Origin: a virus
Taxonomy: Duplodnaviria; Caudoviricetes
Virus record (IMG/VR): IMGVR_UViG_3300032007_000010
Direction: 5' to 3' (one strand)
DNA length: 64,000 bases
Shown here piece by piece: positions 62,867-64,000 of this stretch; positions within the stretch are counted from its first letter, which is position 1; every line of letters starts with the position of its first letter. The notes under the pieces were generated by a model. It made no database searches. It had not been told where the DNA came from and saw nothing but the letters and a program-made list of their open reading frames with translations. Made by a program: the position numbers and the translations under genes.

Positions 62867-63501
62867 TAAGCCAAGATGATAAACGCTGGTGCGATGATCT
62901 CATCGCTCGGGTGCTCAGCGAAGCAGACAAAAATGCCACCAGAATAGATGGCTATGACATGTCCGTGGATATTGCGGCCGAATGCTATTTTAGAGCATTG
63001 TCTGAGGTAACCACACCAAATCCAAATACCACGGATGAGGAACTGCGCATTATCGTGGAACATGCGATGGATCGAGCCCTCGAGTACTGGGACAGCATCT
63101 GTGCAACGCTGGACGCAACCTACGACGGCCTCAACTGCCAGCGCTGCGGTCTGATTGTCACCATGCTCATGATCGCCATGGGAACACCGCAAGTTCCCCA
63201 CAATCGCGCACTCAGAGACTATCTCATCGGGGATGGAGCAAAGAAATATGAATCCCGTTTCATCACCGACATCAATCCGGGCGATGAGACACTCACCGAC
63301 GAAGAGATCGATGAACTGACGAAGGACATTGATCAGAACCTTCTCGCCGAGTTTTTTGAGTGCTTTGCCGAACTGCGCATGTTCCACAGCAATGCGAAGG
63401 ATTATGGAGACGACAAGGAATCCGTGGAAAAACGACGCAAACTCCTTGCGATCTATGACAAAATTCTCAGGTCCAATAATACGGATAAAGCGAAAAATTG
63501 A
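62863..63501 (+). CDS. Hypothetical acidic helical protein
   Basis: 212 aa, AGGAG SD. Confidence 0.6.
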   Translation: MISQDDKRWCDDLIARVLSEADKNATRIDGYDMSVDIAAECYFRALSEVTTPNPNTTDEELRIIVEHAMDRALEYWDSICATLDATYDGLNCQRCGLIVTMLMIAMGTPQVPHNRALRDYLIGDGAKKYESRFITDINPGDETLTDEEIDELTKDIDQNLLAEFFECFAELRMFHSNAKDYGDDKESVEKRRKLLAIYDKILRSNNTDKAKN

Positions 63502-63576
63502 ATATATATCATAGATTCGACGAGGGAGATTTGACTCCCTCGTCGAAATTTTGACATATGAAAGGGGCAACCATCA

Positions 63577-64000
63577 ATGAAAAGCATTTCGCAGGGGGAC
63601 ATTTTCTTGACAAAATCACCCATCCAATCCGAAGACATGGCCATCACCAAAGCATTGAACAGCGCGCTCATGCTCATCGGCTCTCGTCCCGTGCTCATTG
63701 TGCGTCCGCCTATGAGCTGGGATAGTTTCAGCACCGTTACCGTGATTCCCGCCTACAACAACACAAACCCATCCATCTGTGTTGATCAAGAGGATAACTA
63801 TGGTGCAGTTACCACCACCTTTAGCCTGGTCCCTCACATCATTCAAACCATACCGGTTGTCCTGCTTTCGCGTCATCTCGGACACCTTGACTATTCGGAG
63901 ATGCACGAGATTGTCAAGACCATTCACTGGCTCACGGGCGATGATGCATACCGAAATAACGAGGGACATCCAATTCCAGAATGCCTGTCGCCAAAGGTTG
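63577..64000 (+). CDS. PemK/MazF-like domain protein (partial, runs off window; absent from the ORF track)
   Basis: Manual translation MKSISQGDIFL..GSRPVLIV..TVTVIP..IQTIP..LSRHLGHL..EMHEI; AAGGGG SD; early motif ATATATCATAG at 63504. Confidence 0.6.
   Translation, partial: MKSISQGDIFLTKSPIQSEDMAITKALNSALMLIGSRPVLIVRPPMSWDSFSTVTVIPAYNNTNPSICVDQEDNYGAVTTTFSLVPHIIQTIPVVLLSRHLGHLDYSEMHEIVKTIHWLTGDDAYRNNEGHPIPECLSPKV

Noticed and set aside
1-64000. Phage nucleus shell (chimallin), tubulin, or CRISPR-Cas genes
   Set aside because: No ORF in this window shows motifs I can recognise for these; they cannot be excluded elsewhere in the genome.

Overview
This 64-kb window is part of a phiKZ/AR9-like jumbo bacteriophage genome (standard genetic code, probably a Bacillota host). 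It carries two split multisubunit RNA polymerase subunits (a beta-like and a beta'-C-like, probably of the virion RNAP) and virion genes: baseplate proteins, a 2,700-aa tape-measure-like protein with C39-peptidase, NlpC/P60 and lysozyme domains, and tail fibres. It also has a holin, RNase H, a polB-like protein, a kinase-like protein, ThyA, DHFR, a radical SAM enzyme, a tmRNA and three tRNAs. Late promoters follow an (A/G)ACA-N6-TA consensus and early promoters an ATATATCATAG motif. The most notable unexplained signals are: (1) a short linear motif R-D-[SAD]-[DE]-G-F-x-x-L shared by five unrelated proteins, suggesting a common docking hub; (2) a GRGRWGRG motif repeated four times at the domain borders of the tape-measure protein, once inside its own C39 peptidase, suggesting a self-processing polyprotein; (3) several unannotated structured ncRNAs, one in the tRNA cluster, one beside a TnpB-like protein lacking RuvC, and one anti-Shine-Dalgarno/minigene cassette; (4) a DGR-type variable protein whose template repeat and reverse transcriptase are not in the window. 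All family assignments come from motif recognition by eye; no database searches were run.
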